Assembly: GCF_009914755.1 (NCBI RefSeq)
Contig: NC_060947.1
Strand: one strand, 5' to 3'
DNA from: the human T2T-CHM13v2.0 reference genome, Homo sapiens
Length of the DNA: 64,000 nt
Shown: in pieces, positions 37,937-51,100 of the stretch
Layout: every line of letters begins with the position of its first letter
Position numbering within the stretch: the stretch's first letter is position 1
Notes under the pieces: generated by a model
The model's database searches: none
Seen by the model: only the letters and a program-made list of their open reading frames with translations
What the model was told of the DNA's origin: nothing
Made by a program: the position numbers and the translations under genes

Positions 37937-38344
37937 CAGAATACTACTCAGCCATAAAAAAGAATGAAATCATGTATTTTGCAGCAACTGGATGGAACTG
38001 GAGGTTATTATCTCATGTGAAACACTTCAGAAATAATAAGTCAAATACTGCATGTGCTCACTTAAAGTGGAAGCTAAATAATGTTTACACATGGACGTAG
38101 AGGATGGAATAATAGATATTGCAGACTTTCAAGGGAGGCAGAGGGAGGAGGTGAGGGATGAGAAATTGCTGAATGGATATAATGCACATTATTCAGGTGA
38201 TGGGTATACTAAAAGTCCAGATTTCACTACTATGCAATATACCCATCTAACTCTATGTACCTGCAAAAATTAAAAATTAAAACATTAAAAACTAAAAAAT
38301 TGCACTTGTACCCCTTAAATTTATACAAATAATAGGTTATTAGT

Positions 38345-39835
38345 TATCCAAAATAAGAGAAAGCTCAAAAATAAGCCCAAGTATTTATGGCCAATTGATT
38401 TTCCACAAAGGCACCAGTAACACACAAGGGGGAAAGAACAGTCTTTTCAATAAATCATGCTGGGAATACTAGAAGTCCACATGAAGAAGAATGAAATTGA
38501 ACCCTTTTCTATACAAAGCCCAACTCAAAATGGACACAAGACTTAAACCTAAGACCTGAAATTCTAAAGCTTGTAGAAGAAAACATAGGGCAAAACTGCA
38601 CAACATTGTTCTGGCAATGATTTCTTGGCTAGGACTTGAAAAGCAGTTAACAATAAACAAATAGTTTGATGGCCTCAAACTAATAACCTTCTGCCCAGAA
38701 AAGTAAACAGAATGAAGAGACCACCCACAACTTAGGAGAAAATATTTGCAAACCATATGTCTGATAAGGGGCTAATATCCAAAATATATAAGGAACTCAA
38801 CCAATGTAATATATCAAGAAAACAAATAACAAAACTTAAAATTGGAGAACTATCTGAACAGACATTTATCAAAAGAAGAGATAAGAATAGGTTAGAGATA
38901 CATGAAAAAGTGCTCAACATCTCTAATTGTCAAGGAAATGCAAATTAAAACCACAGTATGGCCTCATACTTGTTTAAAGTGGCTATTATCAAAAGATTAA
39001 TGATAGCACATGTTGGTGAGGATGTGGATAAAAGGAAACTCTTGTGCTCTTTTAGTGGAAATGTCAAGTAACCACAATCATTTAGGAAAATAGTATGGAG
39101 GTTTCTCAAAAAACTAAAAATAGAATTACCGTATGTGCCAGCAATCCCACTTCTGTATGTGTATCCAATGTAATTGAAGTCCAAATGTAAAAAAGATGTC
39201 TGTATTCCCATGTTCATTGTGGTATTATTCTCAGAAGTCAAGTTATGGAAACAACCTAAGTGTCCATCAGTGGATGAATGGAGGAATAAAAAAATATGGT
39301 AAATATAAACAATGGAATACTATACAGCCTTTAAAAATAAAGTAATTCTGTCATCTGCAACAATATGGATGGAACTGGAAGACATTATGCTAGGTGAAAT
39401 ATGACAGACACAGAAAGACAAATACTGCATGATCTCACTTCTATATGGAATGTAAAATTGTCCATCTCGTAGAAACAGATAATAGAAAGGTTACCAGAGG
39501 CTTGGGTTAGGAAGAGGGATGGGGAAAGGAAAGGTGTTGATGAAAGTATACAACATTTCAGTTAGACTTGAGAGATTAATTTTAGTGACCTTTTGCACTG
39601 CATTGTGATCACAGTTAATAACAGTAAATTGTATACTTCAAAACTGCCAAAAAGAACACATTTTTAACCATCCCATCAGAAAAAAAAAAGATGAATTTTG
39701 TAGGGTGATGGATATGTTAAGTAGCTTGAGTCTTTCTGTAATGTATATACATAGATCAAAACATCACATTTTAACCCATAAACATACACAATTATTATTC
39801 ATCAAGTATAAATAAAGCTAAAAAATACATAAAAT
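38345..39835 (+). mobile_element. L1MA6-type 3' portion
   Basis: ORF2 end plus 3'UTR TTTCAGTTAGAC...TTTTAGTGA..., GATCAAAACATCACATT. Confidence 0.85.
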
Positions 39836-40664
39836 AATGCATTTTCCCAAATTTTAAATATCCAGGCTAAAGTGTCCTTCTTAGTGCTAAGCAAAACCAA
39901 ATTTCTTTCTACCAACTGGGATTTATGGGGAGGCCAGCCTCAACACAAGCCTTCCAAAGAGCGGAGAGTAAAGAAGGAGAAAGACGGCAGCCTTTTTCTG
40001 GGGTTATGAAAATATTCATATGCTGTTCAGCTATAAAAAAATAAAGTTAGTCAAGTTTAAAAATAAATATGGGAGCAGCAATATATAAATTGGAAAATTG
40101 CTTAGACATTCTTATGAGATGAAAATTACCTTCCTAGAATTTTAAGATTAGCTTACTCAGACATATAAACATTCCCTGCTAATTGCAAATGCACATATTA
40201 TAATAGCAAGTTCCCAAGTTGCACACTAAATTTCTTTGAAATCTTCAATGATTTCATATGTATATGTTGACATCTACTGGACCATAATTCTAGTTTTGTT
40301 CCTTTTTTTCAATTGTGAGAGACACGTAATGTAGTTCAAATAATAAAGCCTCTCAGTTAACAGGGAGCACACACACAAACACACATACAAACACATACAT
40401 GAATCTGTTATCATGTCCTAAATTCCTCATCAATCATTGTGAAGCGTGTGTGTTCTTATATCCGATTTAAAGTAGCACAGGAGATAGGTACAAATCTAGA
40501 ATAATCTCTTGGGTTTCAAATTCAGAATTGTCATACTAAATCATGTGACATGTTTCCACTTCTATATCCCATATCAAAGTTATGGAGAGATTCATGATAC
40601 CTCAATCCAGGCAATTTTGGCATTTACCTTCAGAAAAGTTGAGGAGATATTTAGCAAGCTAAAG

Positions 40665-40940
40665 TGGTTAAAGATATGATAATTGAATGCAATGCATGAT
40701 CTTGAATTCAGTCCTGAATTGGAAAAAATGCTAAAAATTATAATGTTGAGGCAATTTGTAAAATTTGAACATGGACTCTACATTTTATAATAATATTGTA
40801 TCAATTTCAAATTTCCTGACATTGATCATTGTGGTGTTGTAATGCAATATAATCTCCTAGATATTAGGACATTCATAATGAAGATTTCAGGAATAAAGCA
40901 TCTGCATATTTGCAATTTACCCTTAAATGGTTAGCAATAA
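40665..40940 (+). mobile_element. L1MC/MD-type 3'UTR fragment
   Basis: AATGCAATGCATGATCTTG...AAATTTGAACATGGACT...ATTGTATCAAT...AATTTCCTGA. Confidence 0.75.
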
Positions 40941-41016
40941 TAGTAATAACTTAATTACCATTATTATTTTTCCTGTTGTTATTATTGTTGTTATGTACTA
41001 TAGTAATAATAGTATA

Positions 41017-41460
41017 TGCAGTGGATGCTGTGGTGTCTTCTGGGTCAAGGCTGTCTTCTACCACCTGCTAAGAACATCAGCTGCCAACTCACACAGCTAC
41101 ATAACTCACTGGAAAATGTACTCAACTTTAGGGAAATGGCTTGTGCAAAATTAGATCCCTGCTCAGGAAACAACCCTTGGCCAATGACTGGTTAATGTAG
41201 TGATAAAAAATGTTCTGGCCTTCCTCCCTCAATTTATGACAATGCTGAAGTATCATCTAGCTTTAGAGCTCCTTATAAAATTGACTGAGGCTTCTGTTGC
41301 CATGGGATTATGGGTCACGTTACCTCTCTACCTAGTCCTTCCTTCCACAATTGCCTCACAGGAAAATCTTCCTAAGAGCATCTCCTTAAAGTATGCCTTA
41401 ATAAATCTGCTCATAATTAACCTTGTAAGAGTCTGTTTCCTAGGAACTATCTCGAAGACA
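41017..41460 (+). mobile_element. LTR16-type 5' LTR (ERVL)
   Basis: TGCAGTGGATGCTGTGGTG start, CCAATGACTGG, AATAAA, GAAGACA end followed by PBS-like TTTGTACCAGGTGTGG. Confidence 0.8.
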
Positions 41461-43263
41461 ATTTGTACCAGGTGTGGTCCTTGGAAGCAAATGTTAAACA
41501 GGAATTTGAGGAATATGTTACCTGCTGGCCAGCAGGCGAAAAGATCCAGACACTGATAATAGGTAGAGTATGGTTACTTCCTGACATACGCTGGAGTGGT
41601 ACATTTGTTAAAATATTCACCAATGATGGACATAAACGTGATACTGGTATAAAAGAACCCTCTGGCAGGTGAAATATCTCTGATGTTTAAGTGGTGTAAA
41701 GAAAAAATTCCATAAATATAGAATTGAATGGCTGCTGCTATGCATCAACTATTCCTGGAAGAGAGATAATATCAGTCTGAAAGAGATTAATCACCATTTC
41801 AAGGCAAAACCTGAAAGTCAGAGGATATCCTTGGAAGTATTTAATGAGACCTTAATCTGCTGCCCCCCAAAAATAGACAAAGCAGAGGAACAGGCTCTAA
41901 ACTGAATTCTGTGAGTCATGGAGCTTCTGAGAGTGTAGACTTCTCAGCCTCAACAAGTGTCTTATGTCAAAGTCAGGGCCCTCGTAGAAATTATATGGGT
42001 TCTGGATGAACTTGAATATAGTTCCACTCCCCTATGTTAGAAATTACTGCACACCTTGTCACCCTTTAAGGGCATGAAAAAGCAATGAAAAGGAAATCTG
42101 CCTCTCTCATCAACCTCCCTTGTCACCTCTCTTCCTGGAAAGCACACAAGAACAAGGGTGAAATTCCAGTGTAACTTGTGTGGAGATGTGCTAAGCTTGA
42201 TAGGTGCAGAGAAGAACTATATGTGGAAGCAGGTGGCTGGTATGTACTGGAAGGAGCAAGGATAATGCGTATGGAACTGGATGCTGAGGGTTCTAGATTA
42301 AAGGAGCAGAAAATAGAGTTGGTTAATGGACGATGTATAGATATGTAAGTTCTTTCTCATGATACAGGATTTTAACACCATAGCAAGGACTCCAAGTGAA
42401 GGCATTAACATGCTTTGGAGATGGCTCTTGGAATCTTGGGAAAAGTGAAGGACCACACTAAACAAAGTGAAAATACCTGAAATGCTGTGACAGACAGTGA
42501 GGCAGATGATTAAAAAGCTCAGAGAAGTGGACATGCTAGATGAATATCTTTAATGTTGGAAAACTTATAAGATGACCATGATTCAAAAGAAAGCCTGAAG
42601 TATCTTCAATTGACTAAAGTGATAAAGAATGTACTGGAAAAATAAACAAGGATATCACTGAGAAATTCAGTATTTGCCATCTTCTTTGGGCAGGGCTGAT
42701 GGTAGAAGATTCTGTTACAGAACTCACTTCTCTGATAGCAATGATGAAGATAGGAATACAAAACATCAGAGGCAAGTTTGAGGTCCTCACCTGTTACAAG
42801 TGGGCACAATTATTGCAATAAATGTCAACATCAGAGTGGCTTCCAAGACAGCTAAGAAGATGTTTAATAAAATATGATAGTCCTAGTCTGAAGATAGATA
42901 GATAGCCCATGAGATTATTGGTAAATATATGCAATCGAAAGAAATCCAAAATGGATTATTAGGAGTCTGAGGGCAGTTGTCCATCCAAAAATTCACAGTC
43001 CTTTGTGACTTTTCTGGAGCTGAACCAATTCTCAAAATGATACTCACTGCTGAGGGAGATACTGTGTCCATATGTGAAGTAGTCCGTCCTGAAGCACCCT
43101 AATAAGTGTATTCATTAGCAATTTCCCCAGTCTTTCCCTAAGGTTAGCTGTTATCATGTAGTAAGGTAGTTATACATTGGGGAAAGGGGATGCCAAAATC
43201 TTTCAAGGATGATTGGATATAGGATAGTAGACAGGGACCCAAAGTGCCAAGATTGGACTAATC

Positions 43264-44223
43264 TGTATTAGTTATTTATTGCTGCCAATGAAATCACCAA
43301 AAACTCAATGACTTAAATCAATAATATTAATTTATCTTATGGTTTCTGTGGGTTAGGTATTCACAAGTAGCTCAGGTAGGTGGTTTGGCTCAGGGTTTAC
43401 TATGAGGTTGCAGTTAAGAGGTTAGCTGGGGGTCACGTTATTTCAAGACATTACTGGATCTGGACAATTCACTTCTTAGTGGTGACTGTATTAGTCTATT
43501 CTGTCTGTTATAACAAAAAATCCCTAGACTAGATGGCTTAAATACCAAATTTCATTTCTCCCAGTCCTAGAAGCTAGGAAGTCTAAAATCAAGTCACCAG
43601 TAGATCCAGTCTGTTGAGGGCTGGCTTTCTGGCATGTAGAGAGCCACCTTTTTGCTGTGTCCTTACATAGCAGAGAGACAGAGAGAAAGAGAGACAGAGA
43701 CAGAGACAGAGAGAGCATGAACAAGCTCTCTTGTGTGCCTCTTCTTCTAAGGGCACTCATCTCATCATGGGGGCTTAACCCTCATGATCTAATTGCTTCC
43801 CAAAGGCCCCACGTCCAAATATTATACTATTGGGAGTTATGGTTTCAACATATGAATTTTAGGGAGGGCGTACCCAAACATGGAGTCCATACAGTGACTA
43901 ACTCACATGACTAGTAAGTTAGTGCTAAGTGTTGGTGGGAGGCCTCAAACATTTCCCTGGTGGATCTATTCCAGGACTGCTTAAATGACCTTAAAACATA
44001 CTGGCTGGCTTTACTCAGAGAGGGGGATCCAAGTTGCCAAGGTGGAAGTGGCAATGTCTTTTGTGATTCAACCTCAGAAGACACACATCGTCACTTCCAC
44101 CATATTTTATTTGTTAGATGCAATTCACTAAATTGAACCCCTATTCAAAGGAGAGAAATTAGGCTGTACTTTTTGAAGGGAAGAATGTCAAGTAGTATGT
44201 GGACATATTTAAAAACTGCCACA
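43264..44223 (-). mobile_element. MLT1F/G-type MaLR LTR
   Basis: TGTATTAGTTATTTATTGCTGC start; TCACTTCCACCATATTTTATTTGTTAG; AAAACTGCCACA end. Confidence 0.8.
43487..43893 (-). mobile_element. MLT1A-type MaLR LTR nested in the MLT1F/G
   Basis: TG...CA ends; TSD GTGAC at 43482-86 and 43894-98; internal (GA)n expansion. Confidence 0.88.
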
Positions 44224-45766
44224 GCCCTTTTAGTATGGGGCACGGTGAGAGCTAGGTAATAAATGGAGTCCATAGACTCAATTGGTGGTCATTTTCCTGG
44301 TCTCAAAATATATAACTGAAATGAACTTACTTTGTAGTAGGGACACCCCTCATATTAGTTCCATGATTTGTGAAGTAAAATCTGTTTTATTGAGAGGGTG
44401 CCAAGTAGGCACCTATGATATAATCAACCTATCAGCCAATACAACCAATCAAAAATAATACCTCATCCCAGAAAAAATGGCAGAAATTAGTGGCACATTC
44501 AAATACAATTTAATTAACATAGCACATACAACAAGGAACGATTCATGAACTTAAGCAAGTAGGAAATTAAGTTGCAGCTCTGGGACTGGACATGGCATTT
44601 TTGCTAGAGAAAATTAGCATGGATTCTAATGTGTGTTATGTGGTTCCTGCTTCCAAAAATGCATTTTTACCATTCCTATCACAAAGGCAAATCAGAAACA
44701 GTTCATATTCAGTTGGGGCTGGAATGAATATATATTAACAATCTTGCCCCAGAGGTTGGGTTAACCAGAATTCCCTGGTTTAATTTAAGTAATGATACTT
44801 AAACTGAAGTGACTTGGAACATTTGAACATTGTGCAAATCATTGCATTAGTCTAATGTGTTAGGTATTATTTGCCCCCAGGTACCACAGATTCATCTCGA
44901 ATACATCATTCCACTACCTTTTGTTATGACAGTAGTTTCTGGTTGATGATATCCATGATAGGAACATTGGGTTCCATGGTTATGTGATCATGGTGTACCT
45001 AATTTGCTGTACCATGGGTTCCTTGGTTAAAGGTTAAGTTATTTGATATATCATACCTGGAAATAATATACCTTATAAATCCTCATAGTAGTGATAGCTT
45101 AAGTCCTGCAGGTAGATAAAGTAAAACCATAGTTGTGGTGAAGGTCTTCATTCCCAGAGGGTATTTCCAACATAAGACACAATAAGAGTTTCATTGAACT
45201 TTTTGCTATGGCTCCTGTTTGAAGATTTTTGGCTCCTTCTGCTAAAAGAGCAGTGGGCAAAGAAGGTAGCCACCATACTGGCAAGGGTAATTACCCTGAA
45301 ATTAGGAGGAGACAGGTTGCTGTTACAACAATACTTGTAGGAAATAATAAGTTGAGTGCTTAGGCGATTCACTGGAGATCTCTTGTGTTTCCATGCCCAA
45401 TTTTAACTATAAAAGTGCAATAAGGATGGTCTGGGAATGGTGTAATAATGAGTGGTTCAAACCCGGTCCCCAATCCCCACCACCAGTAGATAGGGGTCTA
45501 GGTGATCAAATCAGGCAAGCCTTCTCATCCAGCGGAATTGCCTGTGAGGGTGAGGAAAATGTAGAACAAATAGTGGAAGGGGAAGACATGTATTAGTTAT
45601 GGATTCAGGACCAACAATAACAGTGAAGGATGTAGTTTAGCCCACTAATCATCCTCTTATAAATTTATCCAGGAATAGTGACTATATGGACAGCTATACC
45701 TAGAAGGAGTCAATTTGAATTGAAAAACAAATGGATCTGTGCAGTACCAGTGTCAAAGGGTAGAGT

Positions 45767-46247
45767 CTGGTAGATGCCATTTGGTGCCCTACCAGAGCCA
45801 ATTTCCTAGATTAGTACACCTCAGCTGCTGTGAATGTTGGCTCCCAATTAATGTCTTACACCTGCAAGCTTTGCTTGAGGATTGTTCTGGGCTGGTGGGA
45901 GCTCATCTTTCCTTTGAAAGGTTATGCCTCTCCATTACCTTCTCCCCTTTGTAAATAGCCAACGATTAACTGATATAAAGATACATAAAGCTGGCCTCCT
46001 TCCTTCAAGGCAGGCCACCCATTTGGTATGATTTATGTCCCAGAGATACCTCATCACTCCACTTCAGCAGATCTGGCTGAGCCAAGATTTCTAGGCAATA
46101 CTGTATCCTTGATGGGTTGTTTCTTTTTCATTATCCTGCTTGTTTAACTTCTCTTACAGGTCTTTCCTCAAGAGCACACCTTCAGTAAAACACATACATC
46201 TGAGACCCTGCCTCAGCCTATGCTTCTGAGGAATGCAAACTAAGACC
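45767..46247 (+). mobile_element. LTR16-family 3' LTR
   Basis: TGGTAGATGCC start, AGCCAACGATTAACTGATAT, CTCAGCCTATGCTTCTGAGGAATGCAAACTAAGAC end. Confidence 0.72.
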
Positions 46248-46779
46248 CTGATAGGCATTTAATATTTTTGCTTCTTGGTTTGTTTATTTTGTCAAAGCAC
46301 ATGAATGAATGAATAAATGAATTTGACATACCACTAAAAGAATGTAAAAAGAAACACAATGAATGCAAATATGACATAAAAACTGCTTTATTTTTAGCTG
46401 TAGAAAAATGCAAGTTGAAACAAGTCCATTAGGTAATATCTTCAAGAAAAGTATAAAGAATTTTTAATCTGATTGAAAAGGGCAAGAATTGGAATGGCAA
46501 AATTGTGAGTCTAGGAAATTAAGTTCTATTTAATTAGTGCAGAAAAAGGGGTGCATGTTTTATTCAATAGTGCACTGGGGCACTATTATTACTTTATAAA
46601 TATTAATCATTAGACAGGATAACCAAAGATATTTTAAATGATTTATAATAAAACTATACATTTGATGACTCTTTGGTCACATTATTAAGTTTAAAGCATC
46701 ATATGTAAGTGATTACAGTTCCTTGTTAATTTGGATTATTTTTCTTTACTTTTAACTATTTTTTAAGAAACGTTAAATT

Positions 46780-46850
46780 TTAGAGCTTCAAGGGACCTTA
46801 GAAGTCATATAAACCTACCCCATAATTTTACAGATAAGAAAAAAAACTAG
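46780..46850 (-). mobile_element. MIR-family fragment
   Basis: AGGGACCTTAGAAGTCAT...ATTTTACAGATAAGAAAA. Confidence 0.55.
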
Positions 46851-47794
46851 AAAGATCATTTACTATTAAATTTACATAAATGTCATGTAATCCGTTATCC
46901 TTATATTTTCATATTATTTGAACAATTTGTCTCATGTGATTTACATATAAAATATTTTTTTAACAACCAGATATTCAAACTACACATATCCTGTCTATGG
47001 TAATTCACTATTTAATATACTCTAAGAGCTTTCAAAGACTCTTTTTCAATAACAAGTATATTGGCTTTTTCAGATCATTGATTACATAACAATGTACTGT
47101 TAGGTAGTTGTTTCTCTCACTGAAGATCAGGCCAAAGGTGGGCCTTTCTTCAAAGAAAGATGATGCCTAGGTCAGGGTGTTATTTTGTTTTAGAATGGTA
47201 AGAGCAATTGCTCATTGAATCTTTCATCAAATTTTCCACAAGGCGTACAATCAAGAATAAACAACTCTTAGAAATTTTAACTTGTAAATATAAGTATATA
47301 TTTCCCGTCAGCCCTGTTGTATCTCTAGGTCTGAGTGTTAGAATTATGCTAATTAACTAATTGTCTACCAAACACAAGCTCTGAATTATCACATAATAAA
47401 TAATTTCTAGGCCTTGATTCCTGTGCTAGACTGTTGATCTATAGAGATAATTAAACACATCGTTGTGTTTACTCAGAAGACAATACATTGTTTTGTCTAC
47501 TTTTTAAAATTCATTTTTATTTCTTACATATATCAGGCACTCAGAAAGTGATGCAAAATATTGTGTTGTAAATTAAGGACATAACATATTTCACAGAATA
47601 CCTGGCAAAATAGATATGAGCATATTCAAGGCAGTAATGAGGATAAAAGAACTCTTCAAAAGTAAAAACATAAAATAATTTAAAAAGAAGATAAAAGAAT
47701 ATTTCCATCTTGCAGACCTCTTTTGAGTAGTAAAATTAGCTTCTTTGTAGGTAACAACTAACAGCTCAAACAATGGTTAAGTTTGATTTGATTA

Positions 47795-48125
47795 TGAGAC
47801 AGCCAGGTGGGAAGTGCTCCCTGGCAGAACCTCCAACCGTCCTGCATGCTGGAAGAAATGTGCACTCAGGTAGAGCCACAGAAGCTTGCAGCGGGAAGGA
47901 ACCAGGGCCTCCTCTTCCTGGGTGGAACCTGGGATTCAGAGTGCAAGGTGGGAAGTACACTAGCAGGACTCTGGCTTTGCTGAAGTTCCCTGTTTCCCTT
48001 TTTTCCCCTTTTTGCCAAATAAATTCAACTTTTCTCACCCTTCAAAGTGTCTGTGAGCCTAATCTCTCATGACTGTGTGACAAGAACCCAGCTCTTAGCT
48101 GAACAAAGGAAAAAGTCCTGCAACA
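47795..48125 (+). mobile_element. MER61 5' LTR (ERV1)
   Basis: TGAGACAGCCAGGTGGGAAG start, AATAAA, GTCCTGCAACA end, followed by PBS-like TGGTGCCCAGA. Confidence 0.88.
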
Positions 48126-51100
48126 GCTTTGGTGCCCAGAAGCTAAAGCTTGAGAAGGGGTGGGTGAAATGGGGGATCAAAACCTCTCACTGTCACTTGT
48201 AAGCCTTTTCATCCTCAGACTTCTGAGGGTAGGGGAAACCCCTGTCGCTCCCAGGGGTCGGTGGCCTTTCCATGGCCTTTTCCTTCCTTTTTTGGGACAG
48301 ACAGGCGAGTGGCAGCTCCTCGCTCCCCCTCTCCTCCTGGCTGGGGCTGGTGAACATCATGTGTCCCTGGCATCTTCCCTACCCTGGACAAGGGGTTCAG
48401 CTCTTTGGGACAGCAATTAAGTTTTTCTCCCTGGTGGAGGAACATTTGCATAAGAATAAGAGGTTCTTCCCCCATGCATCCTTTTTTCTTCTTCACCCCA
48501 TCAGCAGTTAACTTTTAAATGGGTTTGTTTTCCTTTTGGAAGATGTTTTACTAAGCTAGGAATGATAAGGATCACTGTTTATATTCTCTGTAAAGTTTTG
48601 GTTGTGATAAGGGATCTTGTGGGGACTGGGTTTTCTCCCGTCTGTCTGTGTAGCTGTATATGTGTTGAGTGTGTAACGTCTATAAAAAGAGCTTTAATTA
48701 ATTTGGCCTAAAGGAAGACAAGCACTTGGATCAAATATTTTTTAAAGGGAATATAAAAGCTGTAGTACTTTTCAGTTCACGTGACTTTAATCTTTCAGAA
48801 ATAAAAACAGCTTTAAAGATTATTGGTAAAATGCAGATGCCATCAAAATGTAAACAGGTCAACTAAATTTTGCAGGTCAGATGCAAGGTTTGCTAAGTGT
48901 TTTAAGGTTATAAAGTGCTTTTTGGGTTTTGAGAACTATTTGACTTGCTGGTTTCACAGTTGGTACATACGGGGACATACAGAATTAACCACACCCTTAA
49001 TTATGCTGAAAGGAGTCAAACCTTGGTCGCACTTAGCACACAATTAACACAACTTACCAGGTTTTACATTAACGTTAAAAATTGGTAGGAGTTACCATTA
49101 TAGCATGTAATTGAAACTACTGGAAATAGATTTACACGTGAGGTGCGTAGGAATAGTAAAATGTGTTTTTTTAGTAAAAGATTATAAAAAGGCCTAAAGA
49201 TATAAATTCTTGCCTATTATTAAAGGACTGTTTTAAATTAGATAAGATAAAGGTAAAAATTCAAACAACTGGTGGAAGGATTGTAAGAACTAATCTTGTA
49301 AAAGAAATTCTGTGTGTGAACACTGACTAAATTAAAGAGGTTATTATATGGTTTTTCTATAAATTGAACATTGAAATAAAAGCACAACAAGGTTTTCTTA
49401 AGGCACTAATCTGCTCTTATAACAAAATTTGTAAAAGGCTGTAAAAGGATTTTGCTTCTTTAAAATTTGAGTCATCATTTAGGCAAAATAAATAATTTAT
49501 GGTAACCCGGAATTCTATTTCATAAATCAAGTGTTTTAAACCTTTAACATATGTAACAGGCTTCCCAAAATCAAACTTCAGTTTCAAAATTGTCTTTCTT
49601 GACACCTGGTTTTTTGGAGGCTCCAGAAGGGCCCCTGGAATGTCCAGAAAAGAGGCAAATAGGATTATTTGGCATGTTTAGGTACATGGGATTGCCAAAA
49701 TGATGTTCAATCTTCTTTAGGTTATATTTTTGTGAATAATGGTAATATATGTTCCAAAATTTTATGGGATTTCTAAAATTCGAATGTCTGAGTATATACT
49801 ATCAATCATAATTAAGGTTGTTAGTTTAAGTTATCGTAAACCACGGAGGTAATCAAACTTCTTTGTCAATTGTGTTTGTAACTGTAACTACCCTGGACAT
49901 TTTGCTATTCACAGACAATTGTCTTGTTTAAATCTTTTTAAAAGGAAGGTTTATAATCAGCTATAGCACTTTGACAGGTGCTCTCAACTACAGGCTTCTG
50001 ATAACTTTGGAGATTGTGACATTGAAATAAAGAAAAATGGACAGGACTCATGAAGAGCTGAAATGTTCACAAATATCAAGCAAAACAAGAGTTAACTAAG
50101 AGGACTGAACTCAGGAAACTAAAGCAAATCTTTTTGAGTTTTCTTGGAATATTGCTGATCCTTGTCTTTTTTTTTTTCAGAGTCAAGAAAACTTATTTTG
50201 AACCATTTGTGACCTTTAATAATTGAGTATGGTATACTCCTGTGAACCAAATTTGGTGCATGTTTGTGTCTCTCTGCCCAGTTCCTCTAGAATTTGAAAA
50301 CTATCTGAGTATTCATAACTTATAGCAATATAGTTGTTTGCATCAGTGCAATAAGAATCTATTTTTCTTTTGCAACAGAATGTAATTAGAGAAACTGCTT
50401 ACTTTGCCAAGGCTTTGACTGGAAGGGTATGCTTCCCTTTAAGGGGTCAGTCTTGACTTGCAGAGCTGATAAAAGCCCCTTGGGGAGACTGGCCTCATAC
50501 CCTTACCTATGCAATCCCTGTATAGGGTTCTGACTTGTGCTTAGTAGAGAATGTCACTTTCTCAGAGGTCCAGGAGCTCCAACTTTATCTCGGGACCTTA
50601 AGAGGAGAGGATCACCCAACTCACAGGTATCTGAGTATATATCCATGACTGGGCTCAGCCTTAAAAGGTCTTATCTGAGAATCCTTGTGGAACAGAGTTC
50701 CTTCAAAGACAATCCAAAAGGCCTATGTAGAAATAATTATTCGTGCTGCAATTTATACAAATAATCAGGTCAAGTGTTTAAGACTAACGTCTATTTTGCA
50801 AACCACTCAGTCTTATGATGATTTGTTTTCTTTTGACAAAAATGAGCACTGGAGAGAGATAAATTATGTTTCAAAAGTTATCATACATTTTTCATTAAAT
50901 TCTAGACTCATTAGTTGCTTTTAAGTTTTTGCCTACATTTTTAGACTAGCCCTGCTTGTTCTTGTGAACCAACCAGCAATCTCTGGGTGCAGCTCAGAAA
51001 GAACACGGGAGATGGGTAATGTAAACATCTGGATCAATATTCTAGTTTTGAGCAATTATCCCGCAAATGCTGCCAGGTGATGACAATAAATAGGGTGCCA

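Larger units (their letters stand above)
41461..45766 (+). mobile_element. ERV3-16A3-like ERVL internal region (decayed gag, pro/RT and dUTPase-like remnants), with MaLR insertions and an inverted integrase piece
   Basis: RT LPQ motif at ~44744, dUTPase-like segment ~45140-45330, purine tract AAAGGGTAGAG before the 3' LTR. Confidence 0.7.

Noticed and set aside
47795-48125. p53 response element in the MER61 LTRs
   Set aside because: Some MER61 subfamilies carry one, but no paired RRRCWWGYYY half-sites are visible in either LTR
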